Shown: positions 8,957-20,328 of the stretch, one piece after another
Layout of the letters: each line of letters opens with the position of its first letter
Numbering within the stretch: position 1 is the stretch's first letter
From: Rhodospirillales bacterium
GTDB taxonomy: Bacteria > Pseudomonadota > Alphaproteobacteria > Rhodospirillales > WMHbin7
Direction of reading: 5' to 3'
NCBI GenBank assembly: GCA_016215555.1
Contig: JACRJC010000066.1
Coordinates: 870 to 24,869, forward strand
Length of the DNA stretch: 24,000 bases
Translations under genes and position numbers: made by a program
Notes under the pieces: generated by a model
The model's input: only the letters and a program-made list of their open reading frames with translations
Told to the model about the DNA's origin: nothing
Databases searched by the model: none

Positions 8957-9762
8957 AACTGCTTTTCCTGGGCGATATCGTGGGCAGATCGGGTCGCGAC
9001 GCCGTGCTGGCGCTTCTGCCCGACCTTCGGCGCGACCTGAAACTCGACGCCGTCGTCGTCAATGGCGAGAACGCGGCGCACGGTTTCGGCATCACGCCCA
9101 AACACTGCCAGGAATTCTATGCCGCCGGCGTGGATGCGATCACGCTTGGCAATCATTCCTGGGACCAGAAGGAACTGGTGGGCTATATCGATTCCGATCC
9201 CCGGTTGATCCGCCCCTTGAACGCGGTGCGGGCCACGCCGGGACGCGGCTTCGCCGTCATCGATCTGCCGCGCGGCAAGAAGCTGCTGGTAACACAGGTG
9301 ATCGGGCGCTTGTTCATGGATGCATCCGGCGATCCTTTTGCAGCCGTCGATGACCTGTTGGCCCGCTATCCCCTGAAGGGCGCCGTCAACGCCATCCTGG
9401 TCGATGTGCATGCCGAGGCGACCAGCGAAAAGATGGGCATGGCGCACTATCTGGATGGGCGCGTTTCCGCCGTCATCGGCACGCATTCGCATATTCCCAC
9501 CGCCGATGCCCAGCTACTGCCCAAGGGCACGGCCTATCAGACCGATGCCGGCATGTGCGGCGATTATGATTCGGTTATCGGCATGGGCAAGGAAACCGCC
9601 GTCTTCAAGCTGGTCCGCAAGCTGCCCACCGACCGCCTGGCTCCCGCCGAAGGCCCGGCCACCGTCTGCGGGGCCGTTGTCGATATCGACGACGCCACGG
9701 GTCTGGCCAACTCGATCTCGCCCCTGCGTTTGGGGGGAAGATTGCTGACCGCGAAACCGTAA
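8953..9762 (+). CDS. TIGR00282/YmdB-like metallophosphoesterase
   Basis: The ATG overlaps the upstream stop (ATGA). MKLLFLGDIVGRSGR, VVVNGENAAHGFGIT, DVHAEATSEK and GTHSHIPTAD are calcineurin-like metal-ligand motifs in the YmdB order. Confidence 0.88.
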   Translation: MKLLFLGDIVGRSGRDAVLALLPDLRRDLKLDAVVVNGENAAHGFGITPKHCQEFYAAGVDAITLGNHSWDQKELVGYIDSDPRLIRPLNAVRATPGRGFAVIDLPRGKKLLVTQVIGRLFMDASGDPFAAVDDLLARYPLKGAVNAILVDVHAEATSEKMGMAHYLDGRVSAVIGTHSHIPTADAQLLPKGTAYQTDAGMCGDYDSVIGMGKETAVFKLVRKLPTDRLAPAEGPATVCGAVVDIDDATGLANSISPLRLGGRLLTAKP

Positions 9763-9765
9763 CCG

Positions 9766-10518
9766 ATGTTCTTCCTGCCCATCTATGACGACAATCCGAC
9801 GACCCGCCCGGCCATCGTCAATTGGGCCTTGATCGCTGCTTGCATCCTGGTTTTCCTGTGGCAGATGAAACTGGGCGAGGAAAACGGCCAGCTTGCCGTC
9901 CTCAGCCTGGGCATGATCCCCGCCGTGTTGTCGGGAAGCGCCGAACTGGCGCCGGATCTTTACCTGATCCCCGGCTGGGCGACCTTGTTCAGTTCGATGT
10001 TCCTGCATGGCGGCATCGCCCATCTGGGCGGCAACATGCTGTTCTTATGGATCTTCGGCAACAATGTCGAGGAATCCATGGGGCATGCGCGCTATCTGCT
10101 GTTTTATCTGCTGTGCGGCGCGGCGGCGGCCTTGGCCCAGATGGCAAGCGACCCCGCTTCGGAAGTGCCGATGATCGGCGCTTCGGGGGCCATCAGCGGC
10201 GTGCTGGGGGCCTATCTGCTGCTCTATCCCAAGGCCAATGTGCGCGTCTTCATGTGGTTCTTCGTCATCGTGCGCATCTTGAACGTGCCCGCCGTCATCG
10301 TGCTCGGCCTTTGGTTCGGGATGCAGATTTTCAGCGGACTCAACACCGCGCCGGGCGAGGCGGGCGTGGCCTTCTGGGCTCATGCCGGCGGCTTCGTGGC
10401 CGGGATGGCGCTGATCCCTTTGTTCAAATACCGCCAGGTTCCCTTGTTCCACGGCGCGCAAAGCCGGGCCTTTTCGCTGGACCGGAATCTGCCGCCCAGG
10501 CGGGGGCCTTGGGGGTAA
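9766..10518 (+). CDS. rhomboid family intramembrane serine protease
   Basis: Multi-TM protein with HGGIAHLGGNMLFLWIFG, the catalytic GASGAISGVLGA, and a downstream AHAGGFVAG (His). Confidence 0.9.
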   Translation: MFFLPIYDDNPTTRPAIVNWALIAACILVFLWQMKLGEENGQLAVLSLGMIPAVLSGSAELAPDLYLIPGWATLFSSMFLHGGIAHLGGNMLFLWIFGNNVEESMGHARYLLFYLLCGAAAALAQMASDPASEVPMIGASGAISGVLGAYLLLYPKANVRVFMWFFVIVRILNVPAVIVLGLWFGMQIFSGLNTAPGEAGVAFWAHAGGFVAGMALIPLFKYRQVPLFHGAQSRAFSLDRNLPPRRGPWG

Positions 10519-10714
10519 TTATTTCTGCTCCTCAACGCGACACATGGCAAAGGGCAAACATGATCCCTCACCCTGAGGAGCGCGCAGCGCGTCTCGAAGG
10601 GTGGGGCATCATTTCGACGCCCATCCTTCGAGACGGGCCTTCGGCCCTCCGGAAGGCATGAGGAAAATTCATATAGGTCGTCTGACCAATTCCACCTCAA
10701 GCATCGAAGAGCCA

Positions 10715-11458
10715 TTATTTCTCTTTCGAAATCGCCGCCCAGACCGGCTCGGCCTTCTTTTTCTGGGCGCTGACGGCCTGCTGGATCGGTTGCATCTCGA
10801 CCGGGCGTCGCTGTTTCTCGTGCGCCACCATGGTCCAGGTATCCTTGGCGACCGGCTTTTGACCTTCGACCAGGCACCCGGCCTGTTTCAAGGCGCCCTC
10901 GATCTTCTTGATCGAGATCGCCTTTTCCGCCGCCCCCAGCACCGCGCCGACATCGATCCGTCCATCGGCATTCACCATGTCGGCGATAGCGAGATTGGCC
11001 AGACGCACCTGGGGCACCACCCCATCCACCTTGCCGGTCGTGAATTTATCCCCCACCAGTTTCTGGCCCAGCAGCACGGCGGCGTCATAGCCGCGCCTGG
11101 CACTTTCCTTTTCGTCGGCGCCGGGCATCAGCATCAAGAACACATCGTCGCCCTGCGACAGGCAGGATTCGCCCTGGGACAGGCGGCTGCGGATGGTGCT
11201 TTCGGACAGCATACGAATGGTGTTGGAGCGCGTGTCCCAGGCTTCGCCGATGGCGGTACGGTATTCTTTCAGGGAAATGACCTGCAGCCGGGCCCGGGGA
11301 TGCTTCTTCAGCACATCGCCAAGCGCCAGGGCGACCCAGGTCTCATCCTCCTTGCTTTTGGCAGGGACCGGCGGCGGGGCCTCTTCGGCCCCTTCCTTGC
11401 CCTTGAACAGGGCGCTGGCAAGTTTTTTGAACAGAGTTCTGTCCCCGGCCATGGGCAA
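10715..11458 (-). CDS. hypothetical protein with a possible degenerate GGDEF-like core
   Basis: 247 aa with protein-like composition. The overlapping plus-strand 317-aa ORF (10601-11554) is H/G/R/L-rich antisense noise. The segment LQVISLKEYRTAIGEAW...IRMLSESTIRSRLSQGESCLSQGDDVFLMLMPGA aligns by eye to the GGDEF-domain pattern (xDIDxFKxIN...GDxxLxxxAxxL...RxGGDEFxxxxP), but the catalytic residues are replaced. Confidence 0.6.
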   Translation of the reverse strand: MPMAGDRTLFKKLASALFKGKEGAEEAPPPVPAKSKEDETWVALALGDVLKKHPRARLQVISLKEYRTAIGEAWDTRSNTIRMLSESTIRSRLSQGESCLSQGDDVFLMLMPGADEKESARRGYDAAVLLGQKLVGDKFTTGKVDGVVPQVRLANLAIADMVNADGRIDVGAVLGAAEKAISIKKIEGALKQAGCLVEGQKPVAKDTWTMVAHEKQRRPVEMQPIQQAVSAQKKKAEPVWAAISKEK

Positions 11459-11622
11459 CCTCGGATAAGAATAATAAGTTGCGATAAATTAGAGGGGCCA
11501 GGGCCCCCAGGCAAGCCCGGCAAAGAGGTTGTCGGACCATGGCGATTAAGCTAAGGTAGCCGGTCTGAAACCGTCATGGTTCCGGGCCTGTGAATGTTTG
11601 CTCCGGGGAGGCTTTGAGACCG

Positions 11623-12591
11623 ATGGCCAGAATTCGCCCAATTGCCGATACCAGGCCTTATGCCTTGGCGCTCTCCGTGGCCGTCCTTCTGGCGCTGGCG
11701 GCTCCGGTCTCGGCCCAACAGGTGATCACCGACAATAGTTCGATCTATTCGAACAATCCCAGCGTTTACATCGATCTGGGCGTGCTTGACCAGATCGGCC
11801 AGCCGGCGACGCTGCAATCGCTGCTGTCGGGCCGTCAGGCCATCGACAGCGCCTATCCCCAGCTTTCGCCGCCCGCCCAGAAGCTCAAGCTGAAGGCCCC
11901 GGCCTCGGCCAAGCCCAAGGTCGCCAAGGCCAAGCCGCTCGCCGCCCCCAGCGCCAGCCTGGGCGATCTGGAAACCAGGATTTCGACCGCCGAACCGGCT
12001 GCCGCCACCCCGGCGCCCAAGACGGCGGTGGAAACCGCCCCCGCCGCTCCGTCCCCGCCGGCGCCGCCCAAGATCGCCGAAAGCGTGACGGCCCCGATGC
12101 CGATTGCCAAGGCCCCCGAGGCGCCCAAGCCGCCGGCGCCGCCGTCCCTGCCCACGGCCCCCACCATCGAAGCCAAGTCGGCTCCCGCGCCGTCCCTGCC
12201 CTCGGCCCCGGAAATCAAGCGGCCCACCGAAATGGCCGCCCTGCCCGACGCCACGGCCCCCTCGCTGATGGAAGGCGGGGAAACCCTGATGCAGATCGTC
12301 TTCGGCGAGGGCGCGACCCGCATTCCCGACAACAAGCTGGTCGATCTCAAGGCCCTGGCCGGCAAGATGAGCAAGGATGAAGACATGCGCCTGCAGTTGC
12401 TGGCCTATGCCGAAGGCACCGACGCCAACGCCAGCAAGGCGCGCCGGCTGTCGCTGTCGCGGGCCTTGGCCGTGCGCTCCTATCTCATCGACCAGGGCGT
12501 GCGCTCGACCCGCATCGACGTCCGCGCCCTTGGCAACAAGGCCGGCAGCGGCCCCGCCGAGCGCGTCGATGTGGTGATGCTGAAGAAGTGA
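11623..12591 (+). CDS. OmpA family protein (signal peptide, Pro/Ala-rich linker, C-terminal OmpA/MotB peptidoglycan-binding domain)
   Basis: I prefer the ATG at 11623 because it gives MARIRP...ALALSVAVLLALAAPVSAQQ, a signal peptide. The long linker has APxP repeats. The C-terminus LLAYAEGTDANASKARRLSLSRALAVRSYLIDQGVRSTRIDVRALG matches the OmpA_C pattern. Confidence 0.8.
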   Translation: MARIRPIADTRPYALALSVAVLLALAAPVSAQQVITDNSSIYSNNPSVYIDLGVLDQIGQPATLQSLLSGRQAIDSAYPQLSPPAQKLKLKAPASAKPKVAKAKPLAAPSASLGDLETRISTAEPAAATPAPKTAVETAPAAPSPPAPPKIAESVTAPMPIAKAPEAPKPPAPPSLPTAPTIEAKSAPAPSLPSAPEIKRPTEMAALPDATAPSLMEGGETLMQIVFGEGATRIPDNKLVDLKALAGKMSKDEDMRLQLLAYAEGTDANASKARRLSLSRALAVRSYLIDQGVRSTRIDVRALGNKAGSGPAERVDVVMLKK

Positions 12592-12634
12592 TGGTTTTGA
12601 CCGCTGGGCAAACGCCCGGCGAAAAACAAATGCT

Positions 12635-12664
12635 AAAAGGCCACGGCTTCGCCCGTGGCCTTTT
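12635..12664. terminator. bidirectional rho-independent terminator between the OmpA-family gene and cyaY
   Basis: AAAAGGCCACGG-cttcgc-CCGTGGCCTTTT: an 8-bp GC stem flanked by A4 and T4, so a hairpin followed by a U-tract forms on either strand. It lies between convergent genes. Confidence 0.75.
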
Positions 12665-12687
12665 CAATGTCGGCGCTTAAGGTTTCC
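12647..12687 (-). repeat. 41-bp relic copy of the cyaY 3' coding end (36/41 identical to 12767-12807)
   Basis: cttcgcccgtggccttttcAatgtcggcgCTTaAggtttcc compared with cttcgcccgtggccttttcGatgtcggcgGCCaGggtttcc, exactly 120 bp apart. On the minus strand the relic reads ETLSADIEKATGE against the genuine CyaY ETLAADIEKATGE. Confidence 0.8.
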
Positions 12688-12752
12688 GTTTTTTCAGCCG
12701 CCATTGAGGCGGCGGCCAAGCGTCCGCGAGGACGCGCCCGGCGAGGGACATA

Positions 12753-13073
12753 TTACAATTTCACTACTTCGCCCGTGGCCTTTTCGATGTCGGCGGCCAG
12801 GGTTTCCAGAAGATCGGCGCCGCCCCGGGTCGAGCGCCAGGATTTGCCATCGTCCGCCGTCTCGTAATGCGAGGCCCCGCTGAAGGGCGAAGACAGCCAA
12901 ATCTGGCGCATGGGGGCGTTCGAATTGATGACGAACTGACGGCCGTCCTCAAGCTCAAGCGTCAGCACATTGCCCTGCAGTTCGGCATCCAGGCCGGCGG
13001 CTTCGGCGGCGTCGGATAGGCGGGACAGCAAGTGCTGGGCCAGTGTCAGAAAACGCGATTCGTCAAGCGCCAT
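12753..13073 (-). CDS. cyaY: iron donor protein CyaY (bacterial frataxin)
   Basis: I prefer the ATG at 13073, which has AAGGAG 8 nt upstream (13082-13087 on the complement). LDAELQGNVLTLELEDGRQFVINSNAPMRQIWLSSPFSGASHY matches the frataxin/CyaY core. Confidence 0.85.
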   Translation of the reverse strand: MALDESRFLTLAQHLLSRLSDAAEAAGLDAELQGNVLTLELEDGRQFVINSNAPMRQIWLSSPFSGASHYETADDGKSWRSTRGGADLLETLAADIEKATGEVVKL

Positions 13074-13090
13074 GGGGCATGCTCCTTCTT

Positions 13091-14230
13091 TCACGACATT
13101 CTTAGATATGAGCGGATGCGGGCCCTTTCCAGGGCCTTGACGTAGATCGCCAGCGTCGCCTCCATCTGCCGGTCCATGCGCAGATGCGCCTCGGCAAAGG
13201 TCTTGGCTTCCAGGGCCAGACGGGCCGGCAAATCCGCGTCACCGGCCAGTCTTTCGATCGCCTTGGCCAAGGCAAAGGAATCGCGGGGCGGCGCCAGCAG
13301 TCCGGTCTTGCCGTCATGCACCAACTCGGTCAAACCGCCGACGCGGGTCGCCACCACCGGCTTGCCGACGGCGAAGGCCTGGGGAACGATGCGCGATTGC
13401 GCTTCGTTGGAAATCGATGGAACGACGACCATATCGACCGCCGCCAGGGCCTGATCCACATTCTCGCAATAGCCCGGAAAAACGACGTGCCGATCGATGC
13501 CTAGACGAACGGCCTCGCCCTTCAGAAAGTCGAAATAACCTGCCCCTTCCTCAGTCGCCCCGCCAAGGATGACCAGCTTCACAGGCAAGCCGGATTCCAG
13601 AAGCGCCGGCAGGGCGTTGATGGCGAATTCCAATCCCTTGTCGGGGCGCAGCATGCTGACGGTGGCAATAGCGACGTCCGTGTCCTTGCAGCCCCAGGCT
13701 TGGCGCAAGCGTGACCGCGCATCCGGATCGGCAGGCCTGAAGAAGACGTCATCGGCCCATTCGCCGACGACATGGGCACGCGCGGGATCGGCCAGACCGT
13801 CGGCCAGCATCGCCGTGCGAACGCATTCGGCGACGGCGATCACGGCATCCGAGCCCAGGCGCCATTGCAGGCTGCGCAACAGGCCGGGCTTCAGACGTTG
13901 AGTGGTATGGCGCGAGCGCACCACCGCCGTCAGGTCAAGGCAGGCCATCAGCGCCTTGGCGTCGCGGGTGACATGGACGTCGGCGACCTCGATCCGCAAC
14001 TCGAGCAACAGAGCCCGCATCTTGCGAATCGTTCCCCAACGCCACGGCTGGCCGAAGTTGAAATCGATGACCGGCAGTCCCGCCGCGACGGCGCGCCGAT
14101 GGCTTTCGCCGTTCTTCGGCGTCGCCAGCCAGGCCTGATGGCCGTGCGCGTTCAGCCATTGCGTCTGCTCGATGACCCGAAATTCCAGGCCGCCCCAGTT
14201 GCGCCCGGGAATGGTATGCAGGATGCGCAT
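13091..14230 (-). CDS. glycosyltransferase family 4 (GT-B fold)
   Basis: The ATG at 14230 (MRILHTIPGRNWGGLEF...) overlaps the upstream stop (ATGA). The C-terminal half (VVPSISNEAQSRIVPQAFAVGKPVVATRVGGLTELVHDGKTGLL) is the GT1/GT4 EX7E-type nucleotide-sugar binding region. Confidence 0.8.
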   Translation of the reverse strand: MRILHTIPGRNWGGLEFRVIEQTQWLNAHGHQAWLATPKNGESHRRAVAAGLPVIDFNFGQPWRWGTIRKMRALLLELRIEVADVHVTRDAKALMACLDLTAVVRSRHTTQRLKPGLLRSLQWRLGSDAVIAVAECVRTAMLADGLADPARAHVVGEWADDVFFRPADPDARSRLRQAWGCKDTDVAIATVSMLRPDKGLEFAINALPALLESGLPVKLVILGGATEEGAGYFDFLKGEAVRLGIDRHVVFPGYCENVDQALAAVDMVVVPSISNEAQSRIVPQAFAVGKPVVATRVGGLTELVHDGKTGLLAPPRDSFALAKAIERLAGDADLPARLALEAKTFAEAHLRMDRQMEATLAIYVKALERARIRSYLRMS

Positions 14231-14970
14231 CAGGCGAACACGAAGCGAGAGAGGAAGGACGGAGCCGCCAGCGGGCGCAGGCAAACCGAGGCCATGCCCT
14301 TGGCCGCCAATCCTTCGACCAGATGGCGCATGACGGCCAGACTGGCCTGGGCCTTGACGCCGCCCTCGGGCAAATCATTGACCGGCTGGTCATGCATCAA
14401 GATGACGGCGCCCGGCAAACCGGGATGGTCGAGCACGCGCCGGACGGCGGCTTCGGCGGCTTGTTCGATATCGGCTGTTGTCGCTTGCGCCGAAGCGATG
14501 GCGTGATCCTCGGTTGAGAGGCGCCAATGCGCGATCTGGCAACCTGGCATCCAAGATTGCAGTTGCCGATGGACAGCGGAATTGCGGTAACCGCCGTTAT
14601 AGGGAAGCCGCACCAGATATGGCGAAGGCGTCGGTCGGCATTGCGCCAGCAACGCTTCGCAGCGGCTCATATCCTGGATCAAGCGGCCCTTGGGCGCGCG
14701 GTCGAGACGGATATGATCCCAGCCATGGGCATAGACGGCGTGGCCATCCCTTGCGATCGCCTCAACCAGTTCCAAAGATTTCTCGGCACGGAAACCGGAA
14801 ACGAAAAAAGTCGCCTTCATCTGGAAACGTCGCAGCAAGTCAAGCAGGCCGGGCGTCGCTTCCACCGTCGGCGCATCATCGATGGTGATGGCCACTTCCT
14901 GCGGCCCCGCGTCATCGACATGGCGGACCACCGGCCTCCAATTACCCAATGAGCAAGACAGGCTGGCCAT
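14230..14970 (-). CDS. polysaccharide deacetylase family protein (NodB homology domain)
   Basis: VAITIDDAP, KATFFVSG and HGWDHIRL are NodB motifs 1-3. The start lies 6 bp after the hemY stop. Confidence 0.8.
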   Translation of the reverse strand: MASLSCSLGNWRPVVRHVDDAGPQEVAITIDDAPTVEATPGLLDLLRRFQMKATFFVSGFRAEKSLELVEAIARDGHAVYAHGWDHIRLDRAPKGRLIQDMSRCEALLAQCRPTPSPYLVRLPYNGGYRNSAVHRQLQSWMPGCQIAHWRLSTEDHAIASAQATTADIEQAAEAAVRRVLDHPGLPGAVILMHDQPVNDLPEGGVKAQASLAVMRHLVEGLAAKGMASVCLRPLAAPSFLSRFVFA

Positions 14971-14976
14971 GACGGA

Positions 14977-16274
14977 TCACACGTCCAGAAGCTGCAAGGA
15001 ACGTTCGGGCCGCTTCCAGGTCAGCGCGTCGAACCCATGACAGGCCGGGCAGGAGGAAGACCAGTCCTCGCAAGTGTGACCGCATGAGGAACAGACCCAG
15101 GCGGGATCCGGCGTGGCTTCGCCCAACCGGCGCAGCCAGACCACGGAATCGGACAGTTTGCCCTCGCCCTCGTCGATGGCGGCCATGAGGGCGATGACGC
15201 GCGCCTCGGGCGCATTCGCCGTCAATGGCGCCAGGCTCGAACGGGCCTTGCCCCACAGACGCGCCTTCAGGGCGGCGCGGGCCACGGCGATGCGGCTTTC
15301 AGGATGGTCGGCCGCACCCGAGACCAGACGCTCGACGGCCAGTTCCTGCTTCAACGCCTCCTCACCCTCCAGCAAACCCATCATCGCCTGATGGAGGCTG
15401 GGATGCGGATTGGCCTTCCACGCCTTTTCAAGCAGACGCGCCGCCTTTGCTTCCTGGCCGGTTTCCTTCAGCCGCCTGGCGGCGGCGATGGCGGCGGCGG
15501 GAAGATCCGGGGCCAGATCGAAGGCAGTCTGGGCCAGCTTGGCGCCGTGCTTGGCGTCGCTGGCCTGCATGGCCGCTTCCAGCGTCAGCAGGGCCTTGCG
15601 CCGCTTGGCCGCGACATCGCCGATCAGATGGCGTTTGGCGGCCTTGGCGGTCAGGTCCAAGGCTTCTTCCCAGGCCTTGTCCTCGATCAAGAGATCGGAC
15701 AGGGCCGCGAACACCCAATCGGCGTCCGGCTTCAGCGCATAAGCCTTGCGGGCATAGTCCAGAGCCTTGGCGCGCTCGCCCTTTTTCAGGGACTGGGTCA
15801 GCAAACCGCGCAGGGCCAGAAACTCGGTCTCGGGACGCTTTTGCATGGCTTCGAAATGATGGGTCGCCCCCTCTTCGTCGCCGGCCAGTTGCGCGGCTTG
15901 CGCCGCCAGCAACAAGGACAAGGGCGGCGTCCCGAGATAGGAATCGGCTTGCCGGGCTTGGCGCAAGGCTTCCTTGGGATCGCCGGCCGCCACCGCCACC
16001 AGCCCCTTGGTCAGGGCCTCGTAGCCCTTGCGTTGCTTGCGTTCGGCCAACATGCGCCCGAAGACGTTGGGCATGCCGACCAGAAAGCCGAAAATGCGGG
16101 CCAGCCAGAAGAGAAGAAAACCCGCCAGCAGCAACAGAACCATCAGTACCGGCATGCTGGTTTCGATCTGCCAGCCCAGCCAGTTCATCGAGACCGCGCC
16201 GGGGCGATCAGCCAGCCAGACCGCGCCCGCCACCAGCAGACCGACGCCGGCCAGATATCGGAGCAGACGCAGCA

Positions 16275-16275
<1 letters not shown>
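14977..16275 (-). CDS. hemY: HemY-like membrane protein (HemY_N domain, TPR-like repeats, C-terminal CxxC...CxxC zinc ribbon)
   Basis: Two N-terminal TM helices (LAGVGLLVAGAVWL; MPVLMVLLLLAGFLLFWL), Ala-rich TPR-like repeats, and a C-terminal CSSCGHTCEDWSSSCPACHG. It sits downstream of hemC and hemD. Confidence 0.8.
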
Positions 16276-19915
<3,640 letters not shown>

Positions 19916-19998
19916 TCAAGGCGGCAACCAAGCGTTGCTCTCGCCTCGTCACGGCAATTTCCGGGGCTTGTCACAATTCTCTAAGTGATTGAAAAATT

Positions 19999-20048
19999 TG
20001 GCGCAGCCGACGGGATTCGAACCCATGACCCCTGCCTTCGGAGGGCGA
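19999..20048 (-). pseudogene. orphan 3' portion of a tRNA-Arg(CCG): anticodon arm, variable loop, T arm, acceptor 3' strand and CCA, with no 5' half
   Basis: The minus strand reads TCGCC-CTCCGAA-GGCAG-GGGTC-ATGGG-TTCGAAT-CCCGT-CGGCTGC-G-CCA. The T-loop TTCGAAT and an encoded CCA are present. The anticodon loop has U33 and CCG. The 5' acceptor strand it would need (GCAGCCG) and a D-arm are absent from 20049-20085, and the anticodon stem has one mismatch. Confidence 0.65.
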
Positions 20049-20140
20049 TCTCTCGATGCGCTTCGCCTCGACTTTTCATATAAATCAATGCATTACACTG
20101 CACCAGTTTGCACGATTTTGCATGAAAATGCAGGCTGAGT

Positions 20141-20170
20141 GGAGCGCAATTGGAGCGCAATTGGAGCGCA
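20141..20170. repeat. 11-bp tandem repeat GGAGCGCAATT x about 2.7
   Basis: ggagcgcaatt (20141-20151), ggagcgcaatt (20152-20162), ggagcgca (20163-20170). It lies in the non-coding island terminus about 95 bp from the tRNA fragment. Confidence 0.8.
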
Positions 20171-20328
20171 GCAAGGTTGATATTGGCTTCGTGAAGAAGC
20201 TTAATTTGTTCGCGTACGACTCGAACCATTCCCCGCCTGGACAGGCCGCAACTCTGCTGACAATTACCGACGAACTCGGGAAACCGCTCTCGCCAAAACC
20301 AGCATGGACAAAGGCGCATCGTAGTTCA

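Noticed and set aside
12697-12713. The GC hairpin GCCGCC-attga-GGCGGC as a second terminator.
   Set aside because: The T-run lies on the wrong side for plus-strand termination, and an A-run follows it on the minus strand. The canonical bidirectional terminator is the hairpin at 12635-12664.
19921-19940. A hairpin (GCAAC-caagc-GTTGC) after tsaD as a rho-independent terminator.
   Set aside because: It has only 5-6 bp and no following T-tract, which is too weak to call.
19999-20085. An intact tRNA gene.
   Set aside because: I could not find the acceptor 5' strand or a D-arm upstream of the anticodon arm. I report it as a 3' fragment instead. A tRNA-finding program should confirm this.
20141-20170. 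A CRISPR-like or other arrayed repeat.
   Set aside because: There are only about 2.7 contiguous copies of an 11-mer with no spacers, so this is a simple tandem repeat and not a CRISPR array.
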